From: Candidatus Methanoperedenaceae archaeon
GTDB lineage: Archaea > Halobacteriota > Methanosarcinia > Methanosarcinales > Methanoperedenaceae
Reading direction: 5' to 3'
Assembly: GCA_963753595.1 (NCBI GenBank)
Contig: CAVWCX010000003.1
Coordinates: forward strand, 58,755 to 122,754
DNA length: 64,000 bases
The position numbers and the translations under genes are program-made. Within the stretch, counting starts at the first letter, position 1. Every line of letters starts with the position of its first letter. The notes below the pieces were generated by a model. The model was not told the DNA's origin. It did no database searches and was given only the letters and a program-made list of their open reading frames with translations. This document shows, piece by piece, positions 59,929-64,000 of this stretch.

Positions 59929-62095
59929 CTTTAAAATTAATTTGAAATTCTGTTCCTCTTTCTCTATTTAGAATAATCTCACCATGAAGCTGATTTTCTG
60001 CAAGTGCATAGATTAGATGCAGACCCAATGATTTGGTATTTCGAATATCCATATCCCCTGGAAGGCCTATGCCGTCGTCACTTACTGAAAAATGGATCAT
60101 ATTACCATCCCTTTTTTGAAATACAATTTTAATTATGCCACGTCTATATTCCGGAAATGCATATTTTAATGAATTAGTAATAAGTTCATTTAGTATCAAT
60201 CCGCATGGAACTGCATAATTAATATTTAGTGGAATATTATCAACGTCAATTTCTAATTCTGCATTGCCTTTCCTTCCATAAGAACCCATCAAGTTGGAAA
60301 CCAGATCGTTGATATACTCCTGGATATTAATTTGTGCAAGTTTATCGGATTGATATAGTTTTTCATGAATAAGGGCCATAGAAAGTATCCGGTTATTAAT
60401 ATCATGAAAAATATCAAGATACTTTTGATCAATAATATTCTCGGACTGGAGCAAGAGAAGACTGGAAATAATCTGCATATTGTTTTTTACCCGATGATGA
60501 ATTTCACGCAGAAGCGTTTCTTTCTCATGGAGAGAGTCTTGAATTAGCTTCTCAGCCTGCTTGCGCTCGGTGATATCCTGCACTACTCCAAACATCAAAA
60601 GAGGCCTTCCATCCCTGTCCCTAATAACTTCTCCTGTAGTATGAGTATATCTTACACAACCATCCGGACGGATAAGAGAATATTCTCCATCAAACAACGC
60701 ATTATTATTAAGTGCATCATCAATGGCTTTATTGAACCACTCCCTGGTTTCATCGCTCAGAGTACTGACAACGGTTTCGTAGGTGGGAACAACTTTTTGA
60801 GGATCAAGTCCATAGAGCCGGAAAACCTCATCCGACCATACAACTTTGTTTGTTGCGATTTCCCATTCCCAGTTTCCGAAGTGTCCGATCTTTTCTGCTT
60901 TGGAAAAATTCTCTTTACTTTTTCTCAAAGTATTTTCCATACGCTTTCGCTCACTTATATCATGTGCCACGCATACTATGCCCCGGACATTTCCGTTATT
61001 ATCACACATTATGGAAGCAGAAAAAATAATGTCTATTCCTACAAGACTTTTTTTAATATATTTTGATTCTACACTTTTGATACAATCTTTCTTATTATCG
61101 ATATCACATTTCAAAATATTTGGAAGCAATTTATCTCCATCAATAAGCACCTTGCTGATTGGTTGGCCTATTAGCTCTTCTTCCCCATAATCAAGAAGTG
61201 TACTTGTGGTTTTGTTTATTTTTTGAATAATGCCATCCGGTGATACAACGATGAGGCTATCGTCCATGGAACCTACAATATTGTCGGTATATTCTTTGGA
61301 TGAAATTATTTCTTCATTTGATTTCTTCAATTTTTCTATCATTCTATTGAATTCATTTGAAAGCTCACCAATTTCATCGTTTGAGTCAATATCGATTTTC
61401 ATGTCAAGATTACCTTTTCCTATCTTGGCAGCCATATCCCTGAGTTTATTAATAGGGTTTGAGATATTTTTATCAATTATTATTCCAATGATCAATGCGA
61501 AAAAAATAGCAATCCCGCTGATTATGAAAATAATATTATAAAGAGAAGAAGCCTCCTGTTTTGCCTGTATATTATGTTTGCTTTGCAGATTAATTTCAAT
61601 TGTTCCCAGTTCAAGGCCATTTTGACGGATGGCAGCAGAAACATCATCGAGCTTTCGTATCAATTCTTGGTGATTTTTAAAATCAAATTCTCCCGTTGTT
61701 TTTGTTTCATTATCATAAAGTTTAAAAAGTGAATCTGTAATAGATTGCAGCATGTCCGTTTTGGACTTTGTATCATTTAAGATCCTTATTGCATCTGGAT
61801 CTTTTACTTTGCTTTCAATAATCACTATTTGTTCTCTTAAAGATGCGATTCTCTGAAGAACTTTCTTGCGGTCACTTTCGTTATGCAATGTTAAGAATAA
61901 AAATGTGTGACCTTCTGCCCTTTTTGCATAGCTGCTCACCTCATTAGATGCTTCTATTATGCTTCCGAAATGTTCTTCCCCTATTTCGTAGGAGTTTACA
62001 ATACGGTTGTTGGCGTATAGTCCAATAATTCCAACCAGACCTACCAATAAAGAAATTATAATAAACGCTACGATTAATCTCTGTCTTATTTTCAT
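59921..62095 (-). CDS. Sensor histidine kinase (TM-sensor-HAMP-PAS-PAS-HisKA_2-HATPase)
   Basis: DEIGEL HAMP, EIHHRVKNN, NELITN, DDGIG, SLGL. Confidence 0.93.
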   Translation of the reverse strand: MKIRQRLIVAFIIISLLVGLVGIIGLYANNRIVNSYEIGEEHFGSIIEASNEVSSYAKRAEGHTFLFLTLHNESDRKKVLQRIASLREQIVIIESKVKDPDAIRILNDTKSKTDMLQSITDSLFKLYDNETKTTGEFDFKNHQELIRKLDDVSAAIRQNGLELGTIEINLQSKHNIQAKQEASSLYNIIFIISGIAIFFALIIGIIIDKNISNPINKLRDMAAKIGKGNLDMKIDIDSNDEIGELSNEFNRMIEKLKKSNEEIISSKEYTDNIVGSMDDSLIVVSPDGIIQKINKTTSTLLDYGEEELIGQPISKVLIDGDKLLPNILKCDIDNKKDCIKSVESKYIKKSLVGIDIIFSASIMCDNNGNVRGIVCVAHDISERKRMENTLRKSKENFSKAEKIGHFGNWEWEIATNKVVWSDEVFRLYGLDPQKVVPTYETVVSTLSDETREWFNKAIDDALNNNALFDGEYSLIRPDGCVRYTHTTGEVIRDRDGRPLLMFGVVQDITERKQAEKLIQDSLHEKETLLREIHHRVKNNMQIISSLLLLQSENIIDQKYLDIFHDINNRILSMALIHEKLYQSDKLAQINIQEYINDLVSNLMGSYGRKGNAELEIDVDNIPLNINYAVPCGLILNELITNSLKYAFPEYRRGIIKIVFQKRDGNMIHFSVSDDGIGLPGDMDIRNTKSLGLHLIYALAENQLHGEIILNRERGTEFQINFKGE

Positions 62096-62397
62096 TTTAG
62101 TACCATTTTATTTAAAATTTAAAAATCATTATTTGTTGATGAAAACATAAAATAAAATGATTTGATAAGGTTATAAACGGATTTGTGTAAAGGGTGTGAA
62201 AAATTCATTTATCATGGAGCATGCGCTTGAAACCTGGAATCTCATCATATCAATACAAAGTACAATCACAACAGCTGGCCCCACAATAAAATAGCGCATG
62301 GGCGCCAATAGAATCGGCTGACAGCGTTGTCATTCCTCGGCCAGCATGTCGATTACAAGGCCGCCTGATATGAAGGTGTTAGGAAAATTTAAAAATA

Positions 62398-62595
62398 TTA
62401 TTCTTCTGGAGTTTCCAGTGAAGCCAAATATTCCTCATAAGTTTCATTTGGTCTTCTTGTATATACAATCGCTGTGGTATCTTTTTGTTCTTTCTTTCCA
62501 GAACCAGAACTTCTTGAGATCCATCCACTTTTCTTTTTCTTCTTTTCTCGGCTTAATTTCTGGTGTTTTGAAGATGTTTGGTTTTTGTCGCTCAT
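62398..62595 (-). CDS. Small basic hypothetical protein
   Basis: 65 aa, GAGGGT SD-like upstream. Confidence 0.5.
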   Translation of the reverse strand: MSDKNQTSSKHQKLSREKKKKKSGWISRSSGSGKKEQKDTTAIVYTRRPNETYEEYLASLETPEE

Positions 62596-63055
62596 AATTT
62601 ACCCTCTAGAACATGTTTGGTTTGTGAAGCTATAAAGGTGCTGAATTATCTTCCCGGAAATTATCAAACAGGCTGCATCCTAATGATTTAATAAAAATAA
62701 TCCGAACATAAAAGATAAAATATTACAATTAAAGAAATAAAAAACGATTTCTTCAGGTTTACTCTTAACAAGACAAAAAATAATAAGAGATTCCATGGGA
62801 CTTTTGCAGCCCATGAAGGAAGCCCTGGATACGATTGGTGAATTTTATGAAAACAGTACAAAAAGTAAAAGCAGTTAAGACTGAGGAACTTATTTCGGGA
62901 AAAGATAAATATAAAAGTACCCCACAAAGCTTATATATGATGATGTTGATTTATTAAGTATCAGTTGTCTAAATAGGTAATTTATAGAGTTTGGGGTTTT
63001 CCCCTCTGTGTTTGCTTTTTTTGGTAGATTGGTTAAAAATAACAGAGGTAATAAT

Positions 63056-63268
63056 TTGTTAACAGAAGAAGATAGAATTTCTCCAGTCTCGCAAGGCGCT
63101 ATCCACGATGTCAAGATCGATAGCATTGCAAGAGAAGGAGATGGAATAGCACATATACAGGGTTTAGTGATTTTTGTGCCGGGCACGAAAATCGGAGACC
63201 AGGTAACGATCAAGATCGAACGGGTAATGCAAAGATTTGCAATCGCAGCACTTACCGGAAAGAATTAA
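63056..63268 (+). CDS. Single TRAM-domain RNA-binding protein, TTG start
   Basis: PV--G---DVKI--IAREGDGIA-I-G-VIFVP--K-GD-V-I; GAGGT SD. Confidence 0.9.
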   Translation: MLTEEDRISPVSQGAIHDVKIDSIAREGDGIAHIQGLVIFVPGTKIGDQVTIKIERVMQRFAIAALTGKN

Positions 63269-63297
63269 AATAATAAAAACAACGGAGATATATATAT

Positions 63298-63504
63298 ATG
63301 AGCAACGATAGAAAAAGCGACAGCCGCAGCAGCGGCGGATTTAGAGCAACAGGTCCAAGAGATATGCATATGGGCCCGAGAGAAATGTTCAAAACAACCT
63401 GTGCAGACTGTAAACAGGAAACAGAAGTACCCTTCAAACCATCCGGCGACAGACCGGTATATTGCAGGGAATGCTACCAGAACCACAGACCAAAGAGATT
63501 TTAA
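63298..63504 (+). CDS. CxxC-x17-CxxC zinc-ribbon protein
   Basis: REMF---CADC----EVPFKP---RPVYCRECY. Confidence 0.88.
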   Translation: MSNDRKSDSRSSGGFRATGPRDMHMGPREMFKTTCADCKQETEVPFKPSGDRPVYCRECYQNHRPKRF

Positions 63505-64000
63505 TTAACATCGGGCACTGATAGCCGCCCACTTTTTTTTAGTATTTTTATATATTATTTATTAGCCTGAGGCTTAAACCTCCAATTCTTTCAATGTCTT
63601 TGTTATCTTATTCTCCAATTCCAGTATACGGAATATTGAAAAGATGTTATAATATTAAACTGTCTATCAATACGAATTGTAACTATCTCATTAAATTGGC
63701 ATATTACAAAAAATCATACGCATATGTCTTATGACTGAAAAAAAGTATATATCTTTCGGATACTATGGAATCTAAAGGCATTACGCAGTGATTAAAAATG
63801 TATTCAAATCAGGGCATACTATGGTTACAATCCTTGCCAGGGTTTCTGTTAAAATAGTCTTTGCATCATTTGGGTTCAATTTATTTCAACTCTTGACTCT
63901 CAAGAATAAAGAAATAGTATAGCGGCAGCTATCCATGAAAATTCAAAAATGCATGAAAAATATAGATAAATCAAGGAAAAGTTGGTAGCAAAGTCATGAA

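Noticed and set aside
62340-62690. Third attC-like bracket (TCCTAAC after the 65-aa ORF, ATTAGGA before it)
   Set aside because: Only 6-7 bp of complementarity and no convincing stem.

Overview
Chromosomal segment of a cytochrome-bearing Methanosarcinales archaeon, most consistent with Ca. Methanoperedens (ANME-2d). This is inferred from the co-occurrence of a methanogenesis-marker operon (atwA-mmp3-mmp6-mmp5-mmp15-mmp17-mmp7), ccmABC, a futalosine-pathway MqnC, a histone and Cdc6. About 1-34 kb is mostly housekeeping: prs, thermosome, cobQ, R15P isomerase, tgtA, PoK/PPS, eS1, Hps-RraA and an intron-containing tRNA-Arg. About 34-53 kb is more accessory: ADP-ribosylglycohydrolase, patatin, tRNA-Trp with a box C/D intron, radical SAM genes, an ABC transporter, Smr, a decayed TA pair, an operon of a Cys-less thiolase, DUF35 and methylmalonyl-CoA mutase, and an sdhA fragment. 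The end carries an M42 peptidase, YHS-FrhB, PAP2, ProDH, an HK-RR-KaiC-like module and TRAM. The most notable features not explained by the ORF track are: (i) a dispersed set of hairpin elements whose arms are built of three 9-10-nt subrepeats, including a ~180-bp TIR-bounded element in two inverted copies with an internal micro-inversion; (ii) a gene bracketed by attC-like half-sites in integron-cassette geometry; (iii) the Cys-less thiolase/DUF35/B12-mutase operon; (iv) a frameshifted RNase III-domain gene; (v) several unlisted small ORFs, a non-canonical start for ccmA and an isolated ORB-like motif. Six single-base frameshifts may be assembly errors. All family assignments come from motif recognition by eye; no searches were run.
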